Assembly (NCBI GenBank): GCA_050250895.1
Contig: JBFWNU010000006.1
Coordinates: forward strand, 379,720-443,719
Source of the DNA: Vulcanimicrobiota bacterium
Lineage (GTDB): Bacteria > Vulcanimicrobiota > Xenobia > Xenobiales > JADMJV01
Direction: 5' to 3'
Length of the DNA stretch: 64,000 bases
The notes beneath the pieces were generated by a model. The model saw only the letters and a program-made list of their open reading frames with translations, made no database searches and was not told the DNA's origin. Both the position numbers and the translations under genes were made by a program. Of the stretch, positions 55,245 to 64,000 are shown one piece after another. How positions within the stretch are numbered: the stretch's first letter is position 1; the number at the start of each line of letters is the position of its first letter.

Positions 55245-56152
55245 TGAAACTCGAGCTAGCCAAAACCTTTCCTTTCGCGCACGTGTTGCGGGGGCACCGT
55301 TTTGGTCCCGGGGATCCCAGCACCCTCTGTCGCGACGACCTTTTCGAGAAGGCTGTTTGGACCCCGGAAGGAGCTGGATTGCTGCGCCTTTCCTTTGAGG
55401 ACGGTCTGGTTCGGGCTCAAGCCCATGGTCCGGGCCGCGACTGGCTGTTGCCCTGGGTGCCAGCGATTTTGGGCGGCCAGGATGAGCCGGGCGACTTTCA
55501 TCCCGGACCGTTGGCTGATCGCTATCGGCCCTGGCGTGAGTTTCGCCTGAGTCGGGCCCCCTGGCTTTCGGCCACTTTGGTCAAGGTGGTGCTGCAGCAG
55601 CGCGTCTCATGGCGCGACGCCTCTCGCGCCTTCGCCGGACTGGTGCGTCGCCACGGGGGGCCAGCCCCGGGCAGTTCACGCGTGCTGTTGCCTCCGTCAT
55701 TTCGCACAATCCACCGACTGGGTGCGGCCGAATTTGCAGCGGTTGGGGTCGAGAACAAGCGGGCTGCCACCCTGCGTGAAGTGGGCTTCAGGGCGAGCCG
55801 GCTGGACCGTTTGGACGGGGCGCAGGCAGTGGCTGCAGCCCTGGACGCCATCCCCGGCGTGGGGGTGTGGACGCGAGAAAATACCCTCGGCTTTGCTCTG
55901 GGATGTACCGATGTGGTTCCGCTGGGAGACTACGACCTACCCAACTCGGTGGCTTTTGCTCTAGCTGGCGAGGCCCGCGCCGACGACCAACGGATGCTGG
56001 AATTGTTAGAACCGTATCGCGGTCATCGATTTCGGATTTTGCGCCTGCTAATGTTGGCTGGGATCACGGCTCCGCGCCGTGGGCCCCGGATGGCCCCGAG
56101 CCAGGCCCTGGGACAGGAAGGCAGCCGCCCAAGACGAACGTCCTCCAGGTGA
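55244..56152 (+). CDS. HhH-GPD DNA glycosylase (AlkA-like)
   Basis: VLQQRVS, LDAIPGVGVWT, VPLGDYDL, MLELLEPYRGHR. Confidence 0.82.
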   Translation: MKLELAKTFPFAHVLRGHRFGPGDPSTLCRDDLFEKAVWTPEGAGLLRLSFEDGLVRAQAHGPGRDWLLPWVPAILGGQDEPGDFHPGPLADRYRPWREFRLSRAPWLSATLVKVVLQQRVSWRDASRAFAGLVRRHGGPAPGSSRVLLPPSFRTIHRLGAAEFAAVGVENKRAATLREVGFRASRLDRLDGAQAVAAALDAIPGVGVWTRENTLGFALGCTDVVPLGDYDLPNSVAFALAGEARADDQRMLELLEPYRGHRFRILRLLMLAGITAPRRGPRMAPSQALGQEGSRPRRTSSR

Positions 56153-57090
56153 CGGGCAAAAGAACCAGAGGGATCACCCCCTCGCGGGCACGCGAGCGGT
56201 TGGCCGAACTCGAAGAGAGTATTCGGGCCCGCCAGGCTCGCCTCGAGCAGGTCGAAGCCCGTCTTTCCAAGCTGCCTGAGCCCGATCCCAAGCTGGTCGA
56301 TTTTCAAGACAAGCTCGAGCGCAAGCAGAGGATCGAGAAGTCTCAAGTGGCCAAGCTTCAAGCGCTCTTGGCCACTCGCGTTCGCCAAGAGTCCCAGGAA
56401 GGCTACCGCTCGTCGGAAGAGGGGTTTCCTTCCGAAGAGATGATCGAGTTGCGCAAGAGCTATGAAGACTTGCGCAAAGGCTTGTCAGATATTCGCGAAC
56501 AAGTCGAGAAGGCCGAGCGGCCGCGCGATCTGATCTCGCGCCTGGATCTATTCGAAGAGCGCCTGGAACGGCGCGAAACGGCCTCCAAGAACATCTATGA
56601 AGAAGTGGTTGGCTTGCAGGCGGCCCTGGACCAGGAGCGGCAGTGGGTGCGCCGGCTCTCACGCAACCAGACCGACCAGGACGAGCGTTTCGAGACCTTG
56701 CGTGAGGCGGTCGAAGAGAGCGTGTTGGCGGCCATGGACCTGGCCCAGAAAGTCGACGAGATGGAAGAGCGCCCCCTGGGGCCCCAGGCACGCAAACTGG
56801 CCGGTCTGTCGCGCAAGACCATGGTTCGCCTCGACGAGATCGAAGAACAACTGCAAATGCTCTCGGTGCAGATGTCACAAGAACTGTCTTCCTTCGAACA
56901 GAACTGGTCTAGCCGCGAATCGGTGCCAGAATTCGAGCAATTGCTCTCCCGCCTGGGGCGGCTCGAGTCACGGCTCGAAGAGTTGAGCCGTCGTGGCGTC
57001 GGCGCGTCCGAAGATCTCTTTGTCTATGACTCCCCGGCCCCAAGGCTCGATTTCGAGCTGTTCGAAGAAGGCCTCGAAGTAACCAGCTAA
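56149..57090 (+). CDS. Coiled-coil hypothetical protein
   Basis: GTGA overlap with the upstream gene; E/R/L heptads throughout. Confidence 0.75.
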   Translation: MTGKRTRGITPSRARERLAELEESIRARQARLEQVEARLSKLPEPDPKLVDFQDKLERKQRIEKSQVAKLQALLATRVRQESQEGYRSSEEGFPSEEMIELRKSYEDLRKGLSDIREQVEKAERPRDLISRLDLFEERLERRETASKNIYEEVVGLQAALDQERQWVRRLSRNQTDQDERFETLREAVEESVLAAMDLAQKVDEMEERPLGPQARKLAGLSRKTMVRLDEIEEQLQMLSVQMSQELSSFEQNWSSRESVPEFEQLLSRLGRLESRLEELSRRGVGASEDLFVYDSPAPRLDFELFEEGLEVTS

Positions 57091-57129
57091 CCGCCAGGAG
57101 TCGGGCCTTCGTCGTGGAAGCGTGGGCTC

Positions 57130-59973
57130 ATGAAGGCCGTCGTTATGGGCGGAGGCCAGGGCTCGAGGCTACGCCCCCTGACCTGCAACCTACCCAAGCC
57201 CCTGGTCCCCGTTTGCAACAAGCCGGTGATGGAATACACCGTGGAGCTACTCAAGCGCCATGGGGCCACCACTCTGCTGGTGACCCTGCACTATCTGGCC
57301 GACGAGATCATGTCCTATTTCGGCTACGGCAGCGACTGGGGCCTGAAGATGCTCTACTCCATCGAGGACGAACCGATGGGCACGGCCGGCAGCGTCAAGA
57401 AAGTCGAAGAGTCCCTCGACGACGCCTTCCTGGTGATCAGCGGTGATGCTCTCACCGACTTCGACCTTTCGGCCGCCGTCAAGTTCCATCGCCAACGGAA
57501 ATCGGCCGCCACCATCGTGCTCACCAGGGTCGACAACCCACTCGAATTCGGTATGGTCATCACCGACGACGACGCGCGGGTGGTGCGCTTTCTCGAGAAG
57601 CCCAGTTGGGGAGAAGTCTTCTCGGACACCATCAACACTGGTATCTACGTGCTCGACCCCAGCATTCTCAAGCTGTTAGAACCGGGTCAACCCTACGACT
57701 TCTCCAAAGATCTGTTTCCCATGATGCTCGAGAAAGAGTTGCCCATCTTCGGCTTCGTGGCCGAGGGCTACTGGTGTGACATCGGTAGTCTCGACCAGTA
57801 TCAGAAGGCCAATCGCGATGTGCTGATGGGGCGGGTGAAACACCGACCGCCCGGCGAGATGATCCGCGAGGGCGTATGGGTGGGCAAGGGCACTCGCATC
57901 CACCCCGGAGCCAGTCTCGAGACGCCGGTAGTGATCGGCCGCAACTGCCGCATCCGCGAGAACGCCAGGGTGCTCGAAGGCACCGTGGTGGGCGACAACT
58001 GCATCGTGGAAGAGGGCGCTTCGCTACACCGCGATGTGCTCTGGGACAACACCTTCATCGGCCGCAAAGTGCGCTGTCAGGGCACCACTCTGTGCCGGCG
58101 CGTGACCCTCAAGAACAACGTGACGGTGGGGGAGGGCGCCGTCCTCGGTGACAAGGTCTTCGTCGGTGAGGGGGCCTTGCTGCAGCCTCAGGTAAAGATC
58201 TGGCCAGACAAGAATATCGAACCTGGAGCCACCGTTTCTCTCAGTTTGATCTGGGGCAACAAGTGGCCCGGCTCGCTCTTTGACGAGGGTGGTATTACCG
58301 GCCTGGGTAATATCGAGATCACTTCCGAATTCGCTCTCAAGCTGGGGGCGGCCTATGGGGCCACCCTGGAAAAGGGTAGCGTGGTGATCGTCTCGCGCGA
58401 CTCGCATCCGTGTTCGCGCCTGACCCAGCGCTCGCTGATCTGCGGGCTGGTTTCGGTGGGGATCAACGTGCGCGATTTGCGGGTGACTCCCAGCCCCATC
58501 AGCCGCTCGACCTTGATGAATACCGCGGCGGTGGGAGGCATTCATACCCGCGTGGCCCGCGACGACATTCGCTCGGTCCATCTCGACTTCTTCGACCACC
58601 GCGGCATCAGTATCGGCAAAGTCACCCAGCGCAAGATCGAGAACAACTTCTTCCGCGAAGAGTTTCGCCGCACCACCATGGACGAAGTAGGCGTCATCGA
58701 CTTCCCCTCGCGTTCCCTCGAGCAATTCCTCGAGCATTTCTCGGCCCATCTCGCCATCGACCTGGTGCGGCAGGCGGGCTTCAAAGTGGTCATCGACTAC
58801 AACTTCGGCAACGCCTCGGTGGCCCTATCTTCGATCCTGGGCAAGTTGGGTTGCGAAACGGTCAGCCTGAATGCCCACCTCGAACCCATCAAAGCTCGCG
58901 AGCAACTGTTGTCGCGGGGACGTTCTCTCCAGCAGCTGTCCGACATCGTGACCACCCTCAAAGCCGATCTTGGAGTGTTGATGGATGTCGATGCCGAGCG
59001 TATGAGTGTGGTCGACGAACAAGGTCAGATCGTAGAGGGGGCCCGTCTGCTTACCCTGATGGCCCTGCTGCTGTTTCGCCAGAACAAGAGCGCTCTGGTG
59101 GCCGTGCCGGTGACGGCCCCCAGCGTGCTCGAGAAATTGGCCGGCGACCATGGCGGCAAGCTGATCTGGACCAGCACCGACACTCGCTCTTTGACTCACA
59201 CTGCCAACCTTGGTCGGGAACGTATCGCCATGGCCGGAAGCCCCAACGGCTCGTTGGTGTTTCCCAAGTTCAGTCCGGGCTTTGACGCTATGTATGCTTT
59301 CGCGCGACTGCTCGAGATGATGGCCACCGAGAAGCTACCACTCTCCGAGATGGTGTCCTGGATTCCCACCTTTCATCTTCATCACCAGTCCATCGCCTGT
59401 GGCTACCAGGAGAAGGGCCGGGTGATGCGCCGCCTGATCGAAGAGTCGCGCCAGTTGCCGACTCAGATGATCGATGGCCTGAAGGTCTTTTTGCCTTCCG
59501 GGTGGGTGCTGGTGGTGCCGGCCCAAAACAAACCCTCTCTCCACCTCTGGACCGAGGGCAAGACGCCCGAAGAGGCTACCGAGCTGGCTCGCCAATACTC
59601 CGAGAAGATCGAGAATCTGCGTGATGTGGCCCAACCCGTTCGCACGACGAAAACCAACTCCGCCGGCCGCGTCGAGAAGGGCGATCCCCTGCCGGAGGAT
59701 CGAGCCTTCCACTTCTGGACCCCCGGCCGCTATCTAGGCGTGCGGGCCCGCACCTATAGCGAGTTTCTCGACACCCTGCACTATATCGAGCCCGCCTCGC
59801 TCAGTTACCACTTTCAGCGCGGCGACTTCAGCAACTGGGTTGAATACGAGCTCAAAGACGGCTGGCTGGCCGAGCAAATTCGCCAGCTCAAGGCCGACAC
59901 CCAGAGCGGTGAGGACCTGCGCAACGAGTTGTTGACCATCTTCAGCCACACTCCGCGCCGCGGCAACAGTTAA
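57130..59973 (+). CDS. Mannose-1-phosphate guanylyltransferase / phosphomannomutase-like fusion with an extra C-terminal domain
   Basis: GGQGSRLRPLT..PKP, EKP, INTGIY, hexapeptide repeats, phosphohexomutase-like region, then a ~95-aa tail. Confidence 0.9.
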   Translation: MKAVVMGGGQGSRLRPLTCNLPKPLVPVCNKPVMEYTVELLKRHGATTLLVTLHYLADEIMSYFGYGSDWGLKMLYSIEDEPMGTAGSVKKVEESLDDAFLVISGDALTDFDLSAAVKFHRQRKSAATIVLTRVDNPLEFGMVITDDDARVVRFLEKPSWGEVFSDTINTGIYVLDPSILKLLEPGQPYDFSKDLFPMMLEKELPIFGFVAEGYWCDIGSLDQYQKANRDVLMGRVKHRPPGEMIREGVWVGKGTRIHPGASLETPVVIGRNCRIRENARVLEGTVVGDNCIVEEGASLHRDVLWDNTFIGRKVRCQGTTLCRRVTLKNNVTVGEGAVLGDKVFVGEGALLQPQVKIWPDKNIEPGATVSLSLIWGNKWPGSLFDEGGITGLGNIEITSEFALKLGAAYGATLEKGSVVIVSRDSHPCSRLTQRSLICGLVSVGINVRDLRVTPSPISRSTLMNTAAVGGIHTRVARDDIRSVHLDFFDHRGISIGKVTQRKIENNFFREEFRRTTMDEVGVIDFPSRSLEQFLEHFSAHLAIDLVRQAGFKVVIDYNFGNASVALSSILGKLGCETVSLNAHLEPIKAREQLLSRGRSLQQLSDIVTTLKADLGVLMDVDAERMSVVDEQGQIVEGARLLTLMALLLFRQNKSALVAVPVTAPSVLEKLAGDHGGKLIWTSTDTRSLTHTANLGRERIAMAGSPNGSLVFPKFSPGFDAMYAFARLLEMMATEKLPLSEMVSWIPTFHLHHQSIACGYQEKGRVMRRLIEESRQLPTQMIDGLKVFLPSGWVLVVPAQNKPSLHLWTEGKTPEEATELARQYSEKIENLRDVAQPVRTTKTNSAGRVEKGDPLPEDRAFHFWTPGRYLGVRARTYSEFLDTLHYIEPASLSYHFQRGDFSNWVEYELKDGWLAEQIRQLKADTQSGEDLRNELLTIFSHTPRRGNS

Positions 59974-60032
59974 CAAACCTTTCACCCCTTTGGTCTCGCC
60001 AGGCCGTACAAGTAGGCCAGGAGGATGTATCC

Positions 60033-61727
60033 ATGTTGGTTCGTAGCTTGGCGTCCCGCCCCGTGCGCACGCCCGCCAGGTCTAGCCTCTCATCTCACGC
60101 TCAACCTGAAAACCAGCCAAAAGACCCCTCGACCTCCCGGTCGCGTCGTCTCGAAGCCAACCCTCTCTTCGTAGCCGGAGCGGCTCACGACGAGTTTCAG
60201 CTCAACCCCGCCAATCTAGAATTCGCCCGTCGTCAGTTTCAGCTCGACGACGGCTTCGCGCGGTTGGTCACTCAGGCCCCCGAGGCCCGTCTGTCGGTGG
60301 TCTATCACAACAGCGATTCGGGCATCGTGGTCGACGCCTACCGAGCCGCCGTCCCGGCCGGCAAAGACTCGGCCTTTACCGTCTATAAGGTGACCAACCC
60401 GGAATTCGACCCCAGCGCCACCTACCGCAACGAGCTTTTCACGCCGCTGCCCGGGGTGGGCTTCTTCGGCTCACCGCTGACCAGCAAGCAGGTGCCGGTG
60501 CCGGCCAGCGCCCCCCAGGGGCTAAAGGATCTGCTCAAGGCCAACGATTTCGAGCTCAAGGCCACCACCACCGAAGGCGAGTTTGGCCACACCCAGGCCT
60601 TCAAGAGCTATTTCGGGCTGGCCGACGACTTCGGTGTCGAGATGTATCAGCTCAAGAATCGCTCGTTTACCGAGAAGTTCCAGGTCTTTGCCCAACTCTT
60701 CCGAGCTGACCCCGAGTATCGGGTGCTCAAGATTTCGGACACCCTGGGCGACGTGGGCGCCGCCCTGCTGCTGGGGGTCATCACACCCAAGCTTTGGGAG
60801 CAGGGGGCTGCCTATGGCATCGCCTCGACCATCTCCTCGATCGGCAACGTCGGCAGCCCGCTGGTAGGCATCCTCGGAGAGAGCTTCCTGGGTAGTGTGG
60901 TCGACCGCGCCGTCAACTCCGACCGGCCCATGGAGAATCTAAAGAAGATCAACCTGGCTACGGCCGGGCTGAGTTCGGTCACGGCGGCCTGTTACTTCGC
61001 TCTGCATCCTCAGGTTCTGCAAGCGATGCCCACCAGCCCGGCTTCGACCTTTATCGGCCTTTACGCCACCTCGACGGTGGCCAGCGGCATCTCGGGGGTG
61101 ATGAGCGGCAAAGCCAGTTACGCCATCCACGACCAGATCATCAACAAAGGGCCTCACAGCCGCCCCGAATACACCAAGAACTTCTTCCAGATTCTGGGCG
61201 TTGAAGCTTCTATCAGCCGGGCCGTCTACCTTGGTAGCTACACTGGCACGGTAGCGCTGGCTTCGGCCTTTCCCGGGATCTCGGTGGCCATGGCCGGCAC
61301 CGGGGCGGCGCTGTGGGCGGGCAGCAACTTCATGTTCTCGCTCTATCATGACAAGCCCGACATGAAGGTAACCGTGGAAGGCAGCGCCTTCGTCCATCAG
61401 GGCGACCGCTACGTTTTCGACAGCGGTTGGGAACTCGAGTTCAACGGCCAGAATGGCCGTTTGCTCAAAGAGGACGATAACCACTATTCGGTCGAGTTTC
61501 GCCAGGGCGACCTGCGCATCAAGAATCCCGATTCGGTGGATTCGACCCACTCGCGTCGCTGGAAGGATTATCTTCCCGGTCCGCTCAAGCCCAAGTTTCT
61601 GGGCGAGAAAGAGCATTGGGAACTCGACGACGGTGACGAGAGCGTCTCTATCTCGCGCTACGGTGACACTCCTTATCGCTTGGAGTCGGTCTCGGATCGC
61701 GAATTTGTTCTCACCAGCCAGCAGTAA
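60033..61727 (+). CDS. Hypothetical protein with a central multi-TM block
   Basis: RBS AGGAGG; S/P/R-rich N-terminus; ~6 hydrophobic helices; beta-rich C-terminus. Confidence 0.78.
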   Translation: MLVRSLASRPVRTPARSSLSSHAQPENQPKDPSTSRSRRLEANPLFVAGAAHDEFQLNPANLEFARRQFQLDDGFARLVTQAPEARLSVVYHNSDSGIVVDAYRAAVPAGKDSAFTVYKVTNPEFDPSATYRNELFTPLPGVGFFGSPLTSKQVPVPASAPQGLKDLLKANDFELKATTTEGEFGHTQAFKSYFGLADDFGVEMYQLKNRSFTEKFQVFAQLFRADPEYRVLKISDTLGDVGAALLLGVITPKLWEQGAAYGIASTISSIGNVGSPLVGILGESFLGSVVDRAVNSDRPMENLKKINLATAGLSSVTAACYFALHPQVLQAMPTSPASTFIGLYATSTVASGISGVMSGKASYAIHDQIINKGPHSRPEYTKNFFQILGVEASISRAVYLGSYTGTVALASAFPGISVAMAGTGAALWAGSNFMFSLYHDKPDMKVTVEGSAFVHQGDRYVFDSGWELEFNGQNGRLLKEDDNHYSVEFRQGDLRIKNPDSVDSTHSRRWKDYLPGPLKPKFLGEKEHWELDDGDESVSISRYGDTPYRLESVSDREFVLTSQQ

Positions 61728-61757
61728 CCCGGCCGCAACGGTGCGAATGGGGCGCGG

Positions 61758-62987
61758 ATGAATGTTCCCGGCATTCGCCGCGTCCCTCGCACCGGCGTAA
61801 TCTACGTGATGCATGAAGCCTCCAAGGCCGGCTTCGTCTATGGCTCACCCGACTGGGCCAATCTGGGCCAGGGGTCTCCCGAGAGCGGACCACTGCCCGG
61901 GGCTCCGCCTCGCATCAGTTCACTCGAGATCGATGTGAGTCATCACGCCTATGGGCCGGTCGAGGGGCTGGTCGCTCTGCGCCAGAAGGTGGCCGACTAC
62001 TACAACCAGCGCTTTCGCCAGGGTAAGGCTTCGCAGTATACCTATCGCAACGTCAGCATCGCCGGTGGCGGACGACTGGCCCTGACCCGCATCGCCGCGG
62101 CTCTCGACACCATCAACATGGGGCATTTCATCCCCGACTACACCGCTTATGAAGAGCTGTTGAGTTCGTTTCGCAACTTTATTCCGATTCCGATTCTGGT
62201 CGACGCCGAGAGCGGCTACAAGATCTCGCTGGCCGCACTGCGGCGCGAAATTCAGGGCCGTGGATTCGGGGCGGTGCTGTTGAGCAACCCATGCAATCCC
62301 ACCGGGCAGCTGGCCGAGGGTAATGAACTCAAGGCCTGGGTCAATCTGGCTCGCGAGCTACGTTGCACTTTCATCCTCGACGAGTTCTATTCGCACTATG
62401 TCTACACCGGAGAAGACGGAAAGATCGTGTCGGGCGCGGCCTATGTCGAAGATGTCGAAGAAGATCCGGTGATTCTGGTCGACGGCTTGACCAAGAACTG
62501 GCGCTATCCCGGCTGGCGGCTGAGCTGGACCGTCGGGCCTTCGCCGGTCATCGAGGCCATCGCCAGCGCTGGCTCTTTTCTGGACGGCGGCGCCAACCAC
62601 CCGTTGCAACGCCAGGCCATCGGTTTGCTCGAGCCCGACGTGGTGCAGCAAGAGACGGTGGCTATCCAGAAATGCTTTCGGGCCAAACGGGACCTGCTCT
62701 TGACCAGGCTTGGCGAACTGGGGATTCGGGTCGATGCTGACCCGGAAGGCGCCTTCTACGTGTGGGCTAATCTGAGTGGGCTCCCCGAACCCCTCAACGA
62801 CGGGCTCAACTTCTTTCGGGCCGGGTTAGAGCAGCAACTGATCACGGTGCCGGGAATCTTCTTCGATGTCAACCCGGGCCGCCGGCGCAGCAATGCGCGT
62901 TACCAACACTATTGCCGCATTAGTTTCGGTCCACCCGTCGAGCAACTCGAGAAGGGCCTGGATTCGATGGCCCGGATGCTTTCTTGA
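61758..62987 (+). CDS. PLP-dependent aminotransferase class I/II
   Basis: NLGQGSPE, SNPCNPTG, DEFY, GLTKNWRYPGWR. Confidence 0.92.
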   Translation: MNVPGIRRVPRTGVIYVMHEASKAGFVYGSPDWANLGQGSPESGPLPGAPPRISSLEIDVSHHAYGPVEGLVALRQKVADYYNQRFRQGKASQYTYRNVSIAGGGRLALTRIAAALDTINMGHFIPDYTAYEELLSSFRNFIPIPILVDAESGYKISLAALRREIQGRGFGAVLLSNPCNPTGQLAEGNELKAWVNLARELRCTFILDEFYSHYVYTGEDGKIVSGAAYVEDVEEDPVILVDGLTKNWRYPGWRLSWTVGPSPVIEAIASAGSFLDGGANHPLQRQAIGLLEPDVVQQETVAIQKCFRAKRDLLLTRLGELGIRVDADPEGAFYVWANLSGLPEPLNDGLNFFRAGLEQQLITVPGIFFDVNPGRRRSNARYQHYCRISFGPPVEQLEKGLDSMARMLS

Positions 62988-62990
62988 CCC

Positions 62991-63482
62991 TCAGGCTTCG
63001 AGGGTCCACTCTTGTTGTGAAGACAGGTCGGTGCGCTTCTTGCGTGTCTCGAGGGTCTTGACCAGCCCGGGGAAGTCGTCGAGGAACACATCGTAGACCT
63101 GCCCGAAATGGATGCCGTCGCTGATCAAAAGCGATTTCATCACCAGGTTGTTCTGAGGGGGGTTGATGGCGAGCCGCGACAGACTCAGTACGAACTTCTT
63201 GTTGCCTTCGCGGAAGGTGACATTGGTGTCGTTGATGACGATCTGCTTGGTGATGTTCTGGGCAAAAGCCGTGATGGTGACCCCGAGGATGGTCAAGCCG
63301 AGCACCAGCGGGATGCCGATGAATACAAAGCGTGTAGGGTCGTTTGAGCCAAACTTCGAGCCTGCGCTAATACCCAGAAACACCAGATAAACGCTGACCA
63401 GTGCAGCCGGAATCCCCAAGGCCCACGCTTTATTGGTGACCACACCGTTGAAGGTGCGCTCTTTTTCTTCGGTCTTCTTCAA
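62991..63482 (-). CDS. Two-TM hypothetical protein with a small beta-rich C-terminal domain
   Basis: Two hydrophobic helices followed by a beta-rich tail. Confidence 0.7.
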   Translation of the reverse strand: MKKTEEKERTFNGVVTNKAWALGIPAALVSVYLVFLGISAGSKFGSNDPTRFVFIGIPLVLGLTILGVTITAFAQNITKQIVINDTNVTFREGNKKFVLSLSRLAINPPQNNLVMKSLLISDGIHFGQVYDVFLDDFPGLVKTLETRKKRTDLSSQQEWTLEA

Positions 63483-63538
63483 GCCCGACCCCCAAGTGTT
63501 TGAAAGATTTTCCGAGAAGCCGGGGAATTCCTGCTCGA

Positions 63539-64000
63539 CTATTTATCGAACGATACCGATTGACCGGTATCCCAGGCGGGATTCTCGAATCGAAAAGACT
63601 CCACCAGAGTTTTACCCTTTTTGACCTCGGCTCGGACAATCTCCGAGCGAGAATTGAGCCAGATGGTGGTCAACTGTCCGTCTTCGGCGCGAAAATCGAG
63701 CCGGTCGATCTGGTCCTTCGATTCTGCCAGGGTGGGTGGCAGTTTGTGCACCCTTTCAATCAATGCGCCATAGAGCGAATGATAGATGGGCGCGTCTTTC
63801 ATCTCTTGATGGCCGATCTCGCGCAGCACCACACTGCCAGAGGGGAACCGCATCAAGACTTTCTCGGCAGAAAGCGTCGGGTCGTACACGGCCACCGTGC
63901 CCGCCAACCGGTCACTTCCGGCCAGGATTTTGGTGCGCACGCGGTTCGGGCTGACGACCAGGCAGTCGAGGTGGTAGGTGCCGCGATTGTTGGTGTAGTG
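63539..64000 (-). CDS. Hypothetical protein, 5' end outside the window (possibly LolA-like)
   Basis: Frame stays open to the window edge (HYTNNRGTYHLDCLVVSPNRVRTKIL...); beta-strand pattern. Confidence 0.6.
   Translation of the reverse strand, partial: HYTNNRGTYHLDCLVVSPNRVRTKILAGSDRLAGTVAVYDPTLSAEKVLMRFPSGSVVLREIGHQEMKDAPIYHSLYGALIERVHKLPPTLAESKDQIDRLDFRAEDGQLTTIWLNSRSEIVRAEVKKGKTLVESFRFENPAWDTGQSVSFDK

Noticed and set aside
32286-56148. Long N-terminal extensions in the ORF track (32286, 48783, 49040, 51071, 54980, 55867)
   Set aside because: They overlap upstream genes. Downstream starts with an RBS or stop-start coupling match the family N-termini better.
1-64000. tRNA, rRNA, IS elements, integrases, prophage
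   Set aside because: None were recognisable, and the intergenic gaps are short and explained by promoters or terminators.

Overview
This is a GC-rich, gene-dense bacterial chromosomal window with about 55 probable CDSs. I found no rRNA, tRNA, CRISPR array, transposase or phage genes. Housekeeping and metabolic genes include lnt, a CarD-family regulator, type-B L31, a D-2-hydroxyacid dehydrogenase, feoABC, cofD/cofC/cofE (F420 side-chain enzymes), a GMPP-PMM fusion and an aminotransferase. There is also a type IV minor-pilin operon and several c-di-GMP-related proteins. Two things stand out. (1) A membrane-microdomain locus at 19.2-32.6 kb: an SPFH + NAD-kinase-like pair behind a GT-N7-AC palindrome (NrtR-type) converges on an NfeD/YqiJ-like - flotillin - 1802-aa AAA+ ATPase operon, which lies downstream of an MMPL lipid transporter. 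(2) A dispersed set of orphan genes whose products share Sec-less, S/P/T/Q-rich N-termini and often glycine-zipper segments. The set includes a zinc-metalloprotease/glycine-zipper protein and a >1325-aa tandem-repeat protein that the ORF track missed; together they look like a non-Sec-secreted effector repertoire. Smaller oddities are a REC-kinase-HD-GYP fusion, a membrane protein with a classical C2H2 zinc finger, a pilin gene with no canonical start before its cleavage site, and several clean regulator boxes. The gene style suggests Eremiobacterota/Vulcanimicrobiota, but that is only an impression. All calls come from reading motifs by eye; no database searches were run.
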